Virus record (IMG/VR): IMGVR_UViG_3300021431_000075
Span: 544,001 to 608,000 of that record
DNA: 64,000 nt
Origin: a virus
Taxonomy: Duplodnaviria; Caudoviricetes
Reading direction: 5' to 3' (one strand)
Shown here: positions 1 through 10,147 of the stretch, piece by piece
Layout of the letters: every line of letters starts with the position of its first letter
Position numbering within the stretch: the stretch's first letter is position 1
Program-made: the position numbers and the translations under genes
The notes under the pieces: generated by a model
The model's database searches: none
Told to the model about the DNA's origin: nothing
Seen by the model: only the letters and a program-made list of their open reading frames with translations

Positions 1-2519
1 ATGTGGAGTCCCTTGAGCGGGATGAAGCGGAGTGACTTCGAAATTGCATCGCTGCTGATAGGAAGCTGTCTGCGGATGATGTTGCCGTTGCTGATATAGA
101 CCGGATCTATTGTCGTGAACAGATAGAAGCCGCGCTTTCCGTTCTTCGTGGAGATGACACCCTTGGTTGCATCGTACTTGTAAGTCTGACCGCCGTATGT
201 GAACACGTTGCTTGAAGTCAGGTTCACGAAAATCTTCTTGGTTACGCGAGTGATGCCCGGAATGATGCCGAACTTGGTTGCATCGCCATTGTTGTTGTTG
301 ATGGCAATGTTTTCTACAAAGTCGCCAACTGTGATTTCAGCAGCATCATCAAGAGTGGTTACGATGAACATGTTTCTAATGTCCTTTGGAACCGGATTCT
401 CGTTGAAGAACGTGCTTGTGTCTGCAAGTGTTACAGGGTCGTTGATTGTAGAGCTGTTCTTCTGACCGTTGAAGTAGTAGGCATTCCTTACATTGCAAGT
501 AACGTTGTTGTCATCTGCAGAGTTGCTTACATAGTTGTAAGAGAGGAAGTTGATACCGTATTTCTTTGCAGAGTTGTCAGTTGTGCGAGTATATATATTT
601 CCCTTTGGCAGTGTTCCGGTAGATGCATTGATGAGATACTCCTTACCATTGTAGTAGAATGTGTAAACTGAGCTGTCAGTTGTTGCAGTATCAGGAATCT
701 TCACGCCGACTGGAACCTGCGTGGTCATATCAACGATTGTCTCGTCAACAACCTCAGGCGTATTGTCTGCACCGTTGCGGACAGAATATACATAAACCTG
801 CTTTGTCGAAGTGTTCATGGAAGCATAGTTTCCGTAGAATACAGATGCGTTCTCGTAGAAATCCTTGTATGACTTCTTGTTGATTTTCACAGAAGTAACG
901 CCTGCTGGCAATGCCTGAGAAACCGTGCTTGCATTTGCCGTTCCGTCTTCCTTATAAATCTTAAGAGCCTTGATGCTTGCATCGCTGATGCTTTCTGCTC
1001 TATCGGCAGAGATTGCAACATACTTGTAGCCTCCGTCCTTAAGTTCAATGATTCTATTGGTTGATGCATCATAAACCGGATAAAGTCTCAAAGCGGAACC
1101 GCTTGCTGCATTGTAGTCGCCAGCACTCTTTGTTTCTGTAACAATCTTAGGATACTTCACGGATGCATTTTCCTTTGCGGTGCCGACTGAAGCATTGTCA
1201 AGATAATAAACGCTACCATCAAGGTTGCCTGTGCTCGCATCGAATATGATGGACTTGTACTTCTTTGTAAGCTCGCTAATCTTGGACTTGGAACCGCCTG
1301 CCACGCCGTTTCTGAAGTTGTGACCGACCATATCAATCAAGAAGCCGTTCTCGCCGATTTCAGACTCGCCTGCGTCGGAATCAGCCTCGTTGTTGCCGTC
1401 ATAGTCATAAACCCAGCAGCCTGTACCTGTCTGCTGACCGGTTGTCAAGTCTACGCCGTTCTTGTCGTAAGAGATAACCTGCATGGCATCCTCGTTGATG
1501 GTCATCAAGATGCCGGTAGATTCAGTCTGTGCGTTAACCTTGTCAAGAATGTACCAGTAGTTGCCCTGCTTGTCTGTGAAGTCCGGAATAATCGAACCTG
1601 TCCAAGAACCGATGAACGTAACGCCTTCTGCCTGCGAGAACTGGAAAATCTTGTCCTTTCTGATACCCTTTGAATCGAAGTAGTTGCCCCAAGTCGAGTC
1701 AGAAGAAAGAATAGGATAGTTGGACCAGTTGCCCTTTACAGCAACAACGCGGATGAAGTAGTCGGACATGTAGTCTGACGGACGAATCCATCCGAACGGA
1801 ATGTTCTCTTCTCCGCCGTACCAGTCCTTTGCTGTCACGTCATAACCTGCAAAGCCCTCTGGCTTATATACAAGAAGTGAAACTTCATCTGTTCCTGTGT
1901 TGGCGAAGTTGATAAAGTTGGACTTCTCGAAGTTTCCAACCATCGTCTTTCCGGCAACACCAAGACCAACGGAAGCGACCTGCATCAGATTTGCAGCTGA
2001 AGGAATCCAGAAGCGGGAACGGTCGAACATGGAAGCATATGGAGCCTTTCCGACGAAAGGAATGACATTGCCGGTTGATGTTCCGTAAATCTCATTGTCA
2101 ATCGTGTCAGCAAGATAGTCAACTTCTCCGTAAACAAGACCTGGATCCGTAACAGCAGGGTTCTTCGCGCCTGCGTCAAGAGAAAGAGCAACATAGTTGA
2201 CCTGATCCGGACCGTCATAGCTGTCATCGACCTTCAATAGATTGAGTGCGAGAATTGGACTATTCTCAAGCATCGTCTGTGCTGCACGGTTGAAGAAGCA
2301 GCCCTTCTTCTCCAGCTTGGAATCAATATCGCCGAACAACTTCTGTCTCTGTGCATCATTCTGAATATACACAGGTCTATTGAAAGGACCCTTACCAGCA
2401 AAACCCACAAGAAGACGAAGCGCAGAAACCTGTGTTTCAATACGCTGCGACTCATCAATCTCGATGGTATAAATACCTGCGGATTTTATTGATGAAAGGT
2501 CGAGTGAAATTTTACTCAT
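1..2519 (-). CDS. Tail sheath protein (T4 gp18-like), runs off the window start
   Basis: Absent from the ORF track because no stop lies in the window. My translation from ATG 2519 is MSKISLDLSSIKSAGIYTIEIDESQR...LLVGFAGKGPFNRPVYIQ...QKLFGDID, matching the sheath N-terminus (GxYxxExD, VGFxxKGP). A GATAAATA motif lies upstream. Confidence 0.85.
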   Translation of the reverse strand, partial: MSKISLDLSSIKSAGIYTIEIDESQRIETQVSALRLLVGFAGKGPFNRPVYIQNDAQRQKLFGDIDSKLEKKGCFFNRAAQTMLENSPILALNLLKVDDSYDGPDQVNYVALSLDAGAKNPAVTDPGLVYGEVDYLADTIDNEIYGTSTGNVIPFVGKAPYASMFDRSRFWIPSAANLMQVASVGLGVAGKTMVGNFEKSNFINFANTGTDEVSLLVYKPEGFAGYDVTAKDWYGGEENIPFGWIRPSDYMSDYFIRVVAVKGNWSNYPILSSDSTWGNYFDSKGIRKDKIFQFSQAEGVTFIGSWTGSIIPDFTDKQGNYWYILDKVNAQTESTGILMTINEDAMQVISYDKNGVDLTTGQQTGTGCWVYDYDGNNEADSDAGESEIGENGFLIDMVGHNFRNGVAGGSKSKISELTKKYKSIIFDASTGNLDGSVYYLDNASVGTAKENASVKYPKIVTETKSAGDYNAASGSALRLYPVYDASTNRIIELKDGGYKYVAISADRAESISDASIKALKIYKEDGTANASTVSQALPAGVTSVKINKKSYKDFYENASVFYGNYASMNTSTKQVYVYSVRNGADNTPEVVDETIVDMTTQVPVGVKIPDTATTDSSVYTFYYNGKEYLINASTGTLPKGNIYTRTTDNSAKKYGINFLSYNYVSNSADDNNVTCNVRNAYYFNGQKNSSTINDPVTLADTSTFFNENPVPKDIRNMFIVTTLDDAAEITVGDFVENIAINNNNGDATKFGIIPGITRVTKKIFVNLTSSNVFTYGGQTYKYDATKGVISTKNGKRGFYLFTTIDPVYISNGNIIRRQLPISSDAISKSLRFIPLKGLH

Positions 2520-2546
2520 TGTTGAAATTACAATATTTTATTTTAT

Positions 2547-2554
2547 TATTTATC
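2547..2554 (-). promoter_or_regulatory. Putative late promoter (GATAAATA, T4 TATAAATA-like) for the sheath gene
   Basis: The same (G)ATAAATA motif lies shortly upstream of the terminase, tail tube, gp15-like gene and other late-type genes. Confidence 0.6.
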
Positions 2555-2680
2555 TTTTGGCAAATCTCCGAAAGTCCATTTATAATGAATGGAAACTGTT
2601 CAACTCTTTTTCATTATAAGATATTTATTTGTGTGGGTTGTTTTTGATTAGTAGTTAAGTAAGTACATAAACAAGAAAAA

Positions 2681-2719
2681 GCTGGCTGCATCAGGGTTTT
2701 AATCTGATAACAGCCAGCC
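2681..2719 (-). terminator. Putative intrinsic terminator
   Basis: GCTGGCTG...CAGCCAGC stem flanked by A tracts, downstream of the 2748..3467 gene. Confidence 0.5.
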
Positions 2720-2747
2720 GGCAAAAAAAGAAAATGACAGTTATAAC

Positions 2748-3467
2748 TTATTTCTTTTTCAATAGAGGAATGTATATGACAATGCCATTATTGTTTTTTT
2801 CATCTCTCTGAACATATAGTTCTGAAACTCCGATTTTCTTGGTAACAAGTTCTTTGATGTTTTCAATAGCATCGCTTCTCAAGTCATAGAAAACAGCAAT
2901 GTCCTGAGGAATCCTTAGTTCAACCGCATGCGGAACTACTCCAGTACCGCGGATGATTGTATACTTCTTGTTCGGACCGGTTTCACTTAAAGAATTCTCG
3001 ATGTAATCGCATATCTTGTTGATTTTGTCAAGCTGCTTGTTTTGCTGCTGCTCTTTCTTAATATCTTCTTCGATTTCATCAAGAAGCTTTTCACGAATGG
3101 TTTTCTTGGATTTGGATGGCGTGTCACCATCTTGCTTTTTGTTGCAAGGTTTCAAGTTGCAGTTATTGTTCTCGGAGCACTTGTCGCAGCATGGTTCCTT
3201 GAAGTCATCAACAAAGCCGGTTTCTTTCTGTTCATCCGTATTGTCTTTGGTTTCATCCGAAGAGAATGCATCAATAATTTCTTTCAGGAAATCTGCGGCA
3301 ATATCTTCAAATTCGTTCAGGTCAATTTTGATTGTATTGACTTTCACGTCTTTTCTTGTGTCATTTGAAGTTGCTTTCTTTTCATCTTTTTTTGATGAGT
3401 TTCTTTCATTGATTGCTTCAATAGCCGTAGCGAGCAAATCAAAGATATTATTTACATTACTGTTCAT
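2748..3467 (-). CDS. Hypothetical protein (239 aa, charged)
   Basis: Long ORF co-oriented with primase and SSB; no motif recognised. Confidence 0.75.
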   Translation of the reverse strand: MNSNVNNIFDLLATAIEAINERNSSKKDEKKATSNDTRKDVKVNTIKIDLNEFEDIAADFLKEIIDAFSSDETKDNTDEQKETGFVDDFKEPCCDKCSENNNCNLKPCNKKQDGDTPSKSKKTIREKLLDEIEEDIKKEQQQNKQLDKINKICDYIENSLSETGPNKKYTIIRGTGVVPHAVELRIPQDIAVFYDLRSDAIENIKELVTKKIGVSELYVQRDEKNNNGIVIYIPLLKKK

Positions 3468-3498
3468 TTGAATGAATTGTTTTTAATGATTTTCTAAA

Positions 3499-4638
3499 TT
3501 AAATAGACATGCCCAAGTCATCGAGATATATCAAGTCAAGCGGATTGTTCGAGAAGTACTTAATCCAGTCTATCTTGAAGTTGTTCCAGCCATATGTCGA
3601 TACCATGTACTTGATGATGTCATTCACGTCCCATTTGCTCTGCTTTGGAAGATTCAAGTCTTTCTTGAGCTTTCCCCACAAGAATATGTTATACTTCTTG
3701 TTGATTGCCGCTATTGCTTGTTTCTTTCCGGTAGCGTCAGAGTCGTACATATAATACAATGAGGAAATTGAGATCGGAATCTTCTTGTTTGCTCCGCTCG
3801 TAGCGATTGCATTTGGAAGCAGGAATGCATCCATCGGACCTTCCGTCACGATAATTGGCTTGTATATATCAACATTGAACAGGTCGAACAGAGTGCTTAA
3901 AGACTCAAGCTGGTCCGGAACCTTGACTGTGTCGCGTTTCAGAATATTCTTGTATATCTTGCTTAATGTCAATGTCTTGAATCTCCGGTCTTTCGGAATG
4001 TTCGGATTCAAGAAACGCATCTGGCATCCGATTACCTTGTTCTCGACAAGATTTAGAATGACGATTGCATTGCTTGACTGACTGTACATGAACTTGTTGA
4101 ACGAGAACTGGCATCTTCCGACAAGGTAGTCGTGTGCAGGCTTTGCATACCAGTCTTTTCCATCACACTCCCTCAGTCCTCCAAGGTCCCTGAACACGTT
4201 CCTGTCTATGCCGTACTGCAGTGCAAGTTCCTTGTTGAATAGGTCAAAGCCGGACTTTGTCTTGAATGACGTGTCAAACTCTGTCTTGTGCTCTTGGGAG
4301 TACTTGATGCCGGCAAGCGACAAGTCTGTGTCAAATTCCTGCATGAACTTTGTTATCGGAACGAATCTTGAGCAGTTGAAGCATTTGTAGTTTCCAGCCC
4401 ATTTTCCGTTCAGAAGGATATGACCGCGCTTCTTTGTCATGTTCGTCGCAGAGTCTCCGCAGTACGGACATGCAAAGTTGAGACCTTCTGTTGTCGTTAT
4501 GATTCTTTGCTTTTGAGGATAGTTCTGGAACCGCTTCTGAAGAATCTGACTGACTTTCTGATAAATCTCATTCACATATGATTCCGTGTTGTATGTGGAT
4601 ATGCTGGAGTCTAATGCAGACGCGTCGAACAAGTTCAT
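3499..4638 (-). CDS. DNA primase (T4 gp61-like)
   Basis: N-terminal zinc finger (NFACPYCGDS...KRGH...YKCFNC) and TOPRIM motifs (VTEGPMDA, YDSD). Confidence 0.9.
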   Translation of the reverse strand: MNLFDASALDSSISTYNTESYVNEIYQKVSQILQKRFQNYPQKQRIITTTEGLNFACPYCGDSATNMTKKRGHILLNGKWAGNYKCFNCSRFVPITKFMQEFDTDLSLAGIKYSQEHKTEFDTSFKTKSGFDLFNKELALQYGIDRNVFRDLGGLRECDGKDWYAKPAHDYLVGRCQFSFNKFMYSQSSNAIVILNLVENKVIGCQMRFLNPNIPKDRRFKTLTLSKIYKNILKRDTVKVPDQLESLSTLFDLFNVDIYKPIIVTEGPMDAFLLPNAIATSGANKKIPISISSLYYMYDSDATGKKQAIAAINKKYNIFLWGKLKKDLNLPKQSKWDVNDIIKYMVSTYGWNNFKIDWIKYFSNNPLDLIYLDDLGMSI

Positions 4639-4719
4639 TTTGTTTTTGCTTTTTTTTGAAAATAGTCCATCTCACTATGTTGAAAAGCAAGATGGACTAT
4701 TGACAGAAACCTTTGTTTG

Positions 4720-5931
4720 TTAGATAATTCCTTTGATGATGTCGTCGAGGTTTCCGAGACCGCCACCTGTTTCACCTTGAGGCTGTGGCTGTGGTTCGGG
4801 AGATCCGCCGAGACCGCCGAGAACATCGTTCAGATTGTCAAGCCCGTTTCCGGAGAAACCTGATGGTGGCTGCTGTGCTGGTGGGACTGGACCATATGGC
4901 TGGTCGCCGAAACCCGGAGCCTCGTTGATAGAAGGCATCTGCGGTTGTGGCGCAGGTCCGACAGGCTGTCCAAACTGTGGCTGTGCTGGTTGCTGCTGCG
5001 GTTGCGGCGCAGGGTTGATCGGCTGACCGCTGTTCATATTCACGATAGAACTTGGGTTAGCAGCAGGTTGCTGACCGTAGTTCACGCCCGGACCCATTCC
5101 GAACTGACTTGCAGCCGCTTGCATCGAAGCCTTAGGATTCTTAGAAATGTTCGCGCAAGTAATCGCGAAGTTTCTGTCATCATCTGTCATCGGATGATAC
5201 TTGTATGGTTCAAGAGACGGACCTTCTTCAAGCCATTTCTTAACTTGCTCGGCGAAGTTCTGATTAGCGATGTTTGTTTCGTTTACTGGAACATACTGAA
5301 TGCCGTTTGATGTCATAATAGGGCATTGTGCCTTTGTTCTGTCATCCGTACTGTCATAGAAAGCGCAAGCATCGAAGTTGTTAAAACCGGACTTTTCTTG
5401 GACTTTCAGGTAAAGATAGCGACCGTTCATCAGAGAGAACGGAGATACGGCAGAAACCATCGGGTTGCTCGGATTCATCTGGTCTGAGATGAGCGCGTAG
5501 ATTTTCTCGCCATAACGCCAGATTCTTAACTGGTTCACGAGAGTAGGATCAGACGGGCAGTCGAGAATCTGAATGATTGACGCATAGCGCATCTTTCTTG
5601 ACCAACCCTTGCTGTTCTCCTTAAGAACTGGGTCCGAACTGTTGCGCAAGTCGAAGAATGTCTGTGTGAAGATGGACGGCTCGTTCACCGTTGATGGGTC
5701 GTCAAGCTCTCTCTTTTCATGGGTGAGTGGATTCTCAAGCCATACAGTGTACTTGGAAACAACCGATTCAACCACATTCTTGATATACGGGATGAAGCGG
5801 ATTGTTGCCTTGAAAACATGGTCCGGAGACTTTTTGTAGGAAGGGGAGAACTCGATACTCGAGATGCTGTCTTTCCTAAGGTTGGCTCCGTCAACCTGAA
5901 CATTTGCATCAAATAAATTCTTGTCGTACAT
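4720..5931 (-). CDS. Single-stranded DNA-binding protein (T4 gp32-like)
   Basis: ATIRFIP, WRYGEKIY and PFSLMNG...LKV motifs, a P/Q/G-rich linker and an acidic-hydrophobic tip (LDDIIKGII); adjacent to primase and gp46. Confidence 0.8.
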   Translation of the reverse strand: MYDKNLFDANVQVDGANLRKDSISSIEFSPSYKKSPDHVFKATIRFIPYIKNVVESVVSKYTVWLENPLTHEKRELDDPSTVNEPSIFTQTFFDLRNSSDPVLKENSKGWSRKMRYASIIQILDCPSDPTLVNQLRIWRYGEKIYALISDQMNPSNPMVSAVSPFSLMNGRYLYLKVQEKSGFNNFDACAFYDSTDDRTKAQCPIMTSNGIQYVPVNETNIANQNFAEQVKKWLEEGPSLEPYKYHPMTDDDRNFAITCANISKNPKASMQAAASQFGMGPGVNYGQQPAANPSSIVNMNSGQPINPAPQPQQQPAQPQFGQPVGPAPQPQMPSINEAPGFGDQPYGPVPPAQQPPSGFSGNGLDNLNDVLGGLGGSPEPQPQPQGETGGGLGNLDDIIKGII

Positions 5932-6112
5932 ACCTTAAAATTAAAACTACTAATATTTTATAATTAACATCATGTACATGGCAGTCTGCTTGTTCATCTA
6001 ACCCACTTGTTATAGTGACTATGATGTGTCAGAGAGCCAACCGATGTTTCAGAAAAGTATACTTTAAAGTTTCTATTTAGTTTAAACTTTTGGAGTTAAA
6101 AATTGTTAATGC

Positions 6113-7813
6113 TCATAACTCATTGACTGTCAGAGATTTTGCAGATTCGCCCTTTATGATTTTGCTGAATCCGTTCGTCTTTTCGACCTCAATCACATCA
6201 TCAAAGTAGTCCAAGTCAAGCGACGTGTGAGACACTATGATGATATTGATGTTGTTTTCTTCTGCGAATGCCTTCATGAAAGACATGACTTTGGATGAGT
6301 TCTCTTGGTCAAGACTTGATATGATTTCGTCCACGCTCAATATGTTGATGGTCGGGAACTTCATCTTAAGTAGATTGTACATGCTGCAAAGAACTACCAA
6401 GTCAACCCTTGTCGTTTCTCCGTCACTCAGTGAAGTCTCGCTCATTACGACGCCGCAATCTTTCAATGTGCTGTTGAATTCAGAATCGAACGACAACGTG
6501 TACGGAAAGCCGAGTAGTAGAAGGTTCTGCGAAATCTCTTCGTTCAATCTTGGAAGATAGTTGTCGATGACCATCTTTGTGACACCCTTGATTGAATAGA
6601 CAATCTGCAGTTTCTGTAAATATGATAGTCTCTTTGTCTTTTCATCTATTGAATTGCGGACTTCATCAAGCTGTTTGTTCGTATTGTCGATGATGTTCTT
6701 GACTGCCTGATATTCCGCGCTTGCTTTCAACTTTTCCTCAATCATCAGGTTCTCGTTGCTGATGTTGTTGATTTCAAGTCGAATCTGGTACATTCCGCTC
6801 TGGACTTTCTGTGCCGCCTCTGCAATCTTGTTGCTCTTTTCCCTTAATGATTCAAGTTCTGCAACCAGCAGTTCACGCTTCTTTTTTTTGTCTTCATAAA
6901 GTTCATTGAGCTTTGTCTTGAGCTTGTCGAAATCAGGACCGCTGAACAGGGAACTGCAAGTCGGGCAACGGTTCTTGTTGTACAAGTCTATCTTTGACAT
7001 GATGTTCCTGATGTTCATGTCATTCTCCGTTATTTCCCTGCTCTTATTCGACACTTCAGTGTTGTTCTCGTTCTGCTTTTCTATGACAGTTTTTGCAACA
7101 TCGTTATACTGGTTAAGACGATTGTTGAGCGCGTCAATCTTCTTCTTGTTCTCTTCAACCTTGCTCATCGAAGAATCGGAGTTCGTGTTCTTTTCCTGAA
7201 TCTTGACAAGTTCCGCATTCGCGTTGGTCAATGTCCTCGTCAATGAGAAAAGCAGGCTCTGGTCTCCGTTGATTGACTGCCCGAGGTCTCGGGCATCCTT
7301 CTTAATCTGGTCGAATATGATGTTGATGATTCTAACATCAAAGACTTCGTCAACAACACCTTTTCTTTCAGTCGGCGACATTGACAAGAACGACTTGAAC
7401 TTCTTCATAGATATGGCTATCATGTTCGTGAAAGTAGATAGCGGTATCTCGATGATTTCTGTTGATATGTAGTCCTCGCCTGCTGACGAGCCGAACAAGT
7501 CAACTTCATCTCCGTCCTTCCATATCCTTAGGTTGTTCGGAGTGAACTCGCGCTCTATTACAAACCTGTGTTGTCCTTTTATGATGGTTCCGCGAATCCA
7601 GCCGTGCTTGTTGATGCGGTTTGCTATTCCGGATTTTGTCACCTTTGTGAGCCTGCCGTACAGAACAAGAATCGGCAACGAGAGAATCGCGCTCTTTCCG
7701 GCTCCACTGACGCCCTTTAGAAGAATCAGTTTTCCTTCTGAAGAGTAGTTTATCTTTTGGACTTGTTCTCCGTATGAGAATATGTTTTTAAATTCAATGC
7801 TTTCGAACTTCAT
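6113..7813 (-). CDS. Recombination endonuclease ATPase subunit (T4 gp46 / SbcC / Rad50-like)
   Basis: FKNIFSYG, Walker A GVSGAGKS, coiled coil with CPTC zinc hook, signature LSDGE, Walker B ILSVDE and switch VSH. Confidence 0.93.
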   Translation of the reverse strand: MKFESIEFKNIFSYGEQVQKINYSSEGKLILLKGVSGAGKSAILSLPILVLYGRLTKVTKSGIANRINKHGWIRGTIIKGQHRFVIEREFTPNNLRIWKDGDEVDLFGSSAGEDYISTEIIEIPLSTFTNMIAISMKKFKSFLSMSPTERKGVVDEVFDVRIINIIFDQIKKDARDLGQSINGDQSLLFSLTRTLTNANAELVKIQEKNTNSDSSMSKVEENKKKIDALNNRLNQYNDVAKTVIEKQNENNTEVSNKSREITENDMNIRNIMSKIDLYNKNRCPTCSSLFSGPDFDKLKTKLNELYEDKKKKRELLVAELESLREKSNKIAEAAQKVQSGMYQIRLEINNISNENLMIEEKLKASAEYQAVKNIIDNTNKQLDEVRNSIDEKTKRLSYLQKLQIVYSIKGVTKMVIDNYLPRLNEEISQNLLLLGFPYTLSFDSEFNSTLKDCGVVMSETSLSDGETTRVDLVVLCSMYNLLKMKFPTINILSVDEIISSLDQENSSKVMSFMKAFAEENNINIIIVSHTSLDLDYFDDVIEVEKTNGFSKIIKGESAKSLTVNEL

Positions 7814-7829
7814 TATTCAGTTTCTTTAA

Positions 7830-8036
7830 TTAGACAAGCATCGAATTGCTATATATGCAAGTTTCGCCGCAATCTGGACACTTTGCTGTGCGCTGACCAT
7901 CAGGGCGTCTTTCAATAGAGTCAAGCTCGTTGATGTTTACTGTGAACTGGCAACCGCATTTCGGACACTTGAAGTAATAGTCGAACTTCTTATCTTCTGT
8001 CAAGAGTTGTTTCTTTCCGTGTTGTAGAATTTCCAT
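7830..8036 (-). CDS. Small zinc-ribbon protein
   Basis: CPKC...CPDC motifs; likely start is ATG 8036 (MEILQHG). Confidence 0.65.
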   Translation of the reverse strand: MEILQHGKKQLLTEDKKFDYYFKCPKCGCQFTVNINELDSIERRPDGQRTAKCPDCGETCIYSNSMLV

Positions 8037-8172
8037 AATGTGAGAATCAATTTTATTTCTACAATTATATAGAAGAAAAAGCAAAAAGTTTAAATATTTG
8101 TTGATTTTTTAAACCTGTTCCACATTGTTTTTGGCATCCAGACGATGTGATGTGACATTCGATCAACTAATT

Positions 8173-10086
8173 TTAATTGTCCAATCGTCCATATTCCATA
8201 TTCTCTATCATTTCGTCGCTGGTTATTGCCGATTCGATGACTTCCTTTATCTCTTTCTTCTCTGCACGAGTCAATTCAAGTTTATCAAAGATTTCATTAT
8301 CTGTATAAGCTTTGTCTGCAACGAATGGAATGAAATCCTTATATATATTTGTCCTTGCATTGACGCATGATAGTATAATGCCAACATATTTCATTATTGC
8401 AAGATGGCAGTTCTTCTTATAGTTCTCGATTTCTTCAACAGTATCCGCAACTATATAGCGCGGATTGATGTTTCTGTCTGTTAATTCAGAATTGTTCACT
8501 TCATATAACGGACTGAAGAACCAAGATTTTAAGCCATCAATCATCCGTTCAGAACGAATGCTGCATCTACTCTTGATATAGTTCTTTTGTGGAGCAGAAA
8601 GAAAATACGGATAAATCAATTTCGGTTTCTCGCCAGCGTCGCTAAGAATCGTCACTACTCCGAAACAGTCCCATAGTTTCTCCATAATCCTCTTGAATAT
8701 GTTCGGGTTTCCGAACTCGATGCAATGCCTTAACGAATATTCTTTTCGTAAGATGCCATGACAGCAGAAATCAAATGTCTCATATCTTTCGCCAAAATCC
8801 GCTGTGATAGACAAGAATGAAATGCATGCTTGTGTCTTTGTGAACTGATTCGTGTTCTCAAGACTTACATATCGGATATGTCCATCAAGCATTTTGTGAA
8901 TCTGATCTATATAATGATAAGATGTCTTTTCACCGATAACGACAGTTTTTATTGTTTCGTTGTCATAATCATCCATGACGCGTCTATGAATCACATATGT
9001 GTGAACCAATGACGAGTCTGTCAAAATTTTAGCAGTTCCTGTTTTCTTGACGTACTTCTGCAAGATGGTAGCCAAGACTTTATTGCCGAAATTTCCAGCA
9101 TTTGGAATATGCATGACAACATAGTCGTATCTTTCATCATTATGGTCCCAGAGTTCCTTGACATCTACGTTTGAATAATTAAGAAAACTCAATCTGTCTT
9201 TGACATTGTCTATCATGTCAGGTTTCATGCAATATATAGCAATCTTGCAAGTCTTTTCTATGTATATTTGCATCATATTGACAGCATCCGGGACAGATGA
9301 AGAAAATATGGCACATGAATCCGATTCTGTTATCCTGTCATCGAACAACAGTTTTCTATATGCAAATCTTTGCATACAGAACTCTTTCCTTGAATTTGAA
9401 TGGGCTTCGTCGTATTTCTTCTGTCTGTCTTTATCTGAATCATGTGCATTGTCTGTCATTTTCTTCAGATCGTTCATCACACGAGCAACATCCTTGTCTG
9501 CCTTTACCTTTTCATATAATTCATCAGTGTTCTCATTTTTGATTCCGTATATGAATTCATTTACGAGCATGATGATTATGTCGAACTCTTTCTTTGAATT
9601 GTGATAAGAGAGTTCTGTCGGACTGCCGCTCGTGTTGAACAAATCAACATCTTCCTGTGTTGCGGTTCCTTTTTCAACAAACTTCTTCAACTGCTGCCAT
9701 GTGTAATACGAACCATAGAACGGGTCTATGATTTTTGACACTGCCGGATGCAATTTTTCTCTGAAAATATCATCTATTTTCTGCGAATGATGTCCCGGTA
9801 TTATGATAATGTGCAAATTATAATAATAGTCGATCGCCTTTGATGATGATTTGGCACGCTTTGCTGTATCATCAATAATATGTTCATCGCGATTTTCTGT
9901 TTGAATGATTATGCGGTGCTGACCAAGTTTCCATGAAACATATTCGTTTTTGTTGAAACGCCGCTTGTTCTCACGGTCCGTAATGACATGATATAGTATA
10001 GTATACTGTGTAAGACCGGGTCTGAAAATGTAGTCAGGAAATGTTCTTGTTTCTGTGCAATCTGAAATATAACCAAAGTCGTTCAT
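8173..10086 (-). CDS. Hypothetical protein with a degenerate Eco57I-type adenine methyltransferase-like C-terminal half
   Basis: YDYVVMHIPN sits where FDxVxxNPPY is expected. The C-terminal FIPFVADKAYTDNEIFDKLELTRAEKKEI resembles the tail of this MTase family. Confidence 0.5.
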   Translation of the reverse strand: MNDFGYISDCTETRTFPDYIFRPGLTQYTILYHVITDRENKRRFNKNEYVSWKLGQHRIIIQTENRDEHIIDDTAKRAKSSSKAIDYYYNLHIIIIPGHHSQKIDDIFREKLHPAVSKIIDPFYGSYYTWQQLKKFVEKGTATQEDVDLFNTSGSPTELSYHNSKKEFDIIIMLVNEFIYGIKNENTDELYEKVKADKDVARVMNDLKKMTDNAHDSDKDRQKKYDEAHSNSRKEFCMQRFAYRKLLFDDRITESDSCAIFSSSVPDAVNMMQIYIEKTCKIAIYCMKPDMIDNVKDRLSFLNYSNVDVKELWDHNDERYDYVVMHIPNAGNFGNKVLATILQKYVKKTGTAKILTDSSLVHTYVIHRRVMDDYDNETIKTVVIGEKTSYHYIDQIHKMLDGHIRYVSLENTNQFTKTQACISFLSITADFGERYETFDFCCHGILRKEYSLRHCIEFGNPNIFKRIMEKLWDCFGVVTILSDAGEKPKLIYPYFLSAPQKNYIKSRCSIRSERMIDGLKSWFFSPLYEVNNSELTDRNINPRYIVADTVEEIENYKKNCHLAIMKYVGIILSCVNARTNIYKDFIPFVADKAYTDNEIFDKLELTRAEKKEIKEVIESAITSDEMIENMEYGRLDN

Positions 10087-10147
10087 CTGGAACTTGTTTT
10101 GTGCATAACTGTTAGATAATTTTTATTTTATAATATGTTGATGCTGC

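Noticed and set aside
199-2647. Short ORFs in the track at the window start, and the many antisense ORFs elsewhere (for example 28122..31821)
   Set aside because: They are shadows of long genes on the opposite strand or in another frame; 1..2519 is the sheath gene missed by the track.
6415-6432. gp46 ABC signature reads LSDGE rather than LSGGE
   Set aside because: All other motifs are intact; this is likely tolerated variation and not evidence of inactivation.
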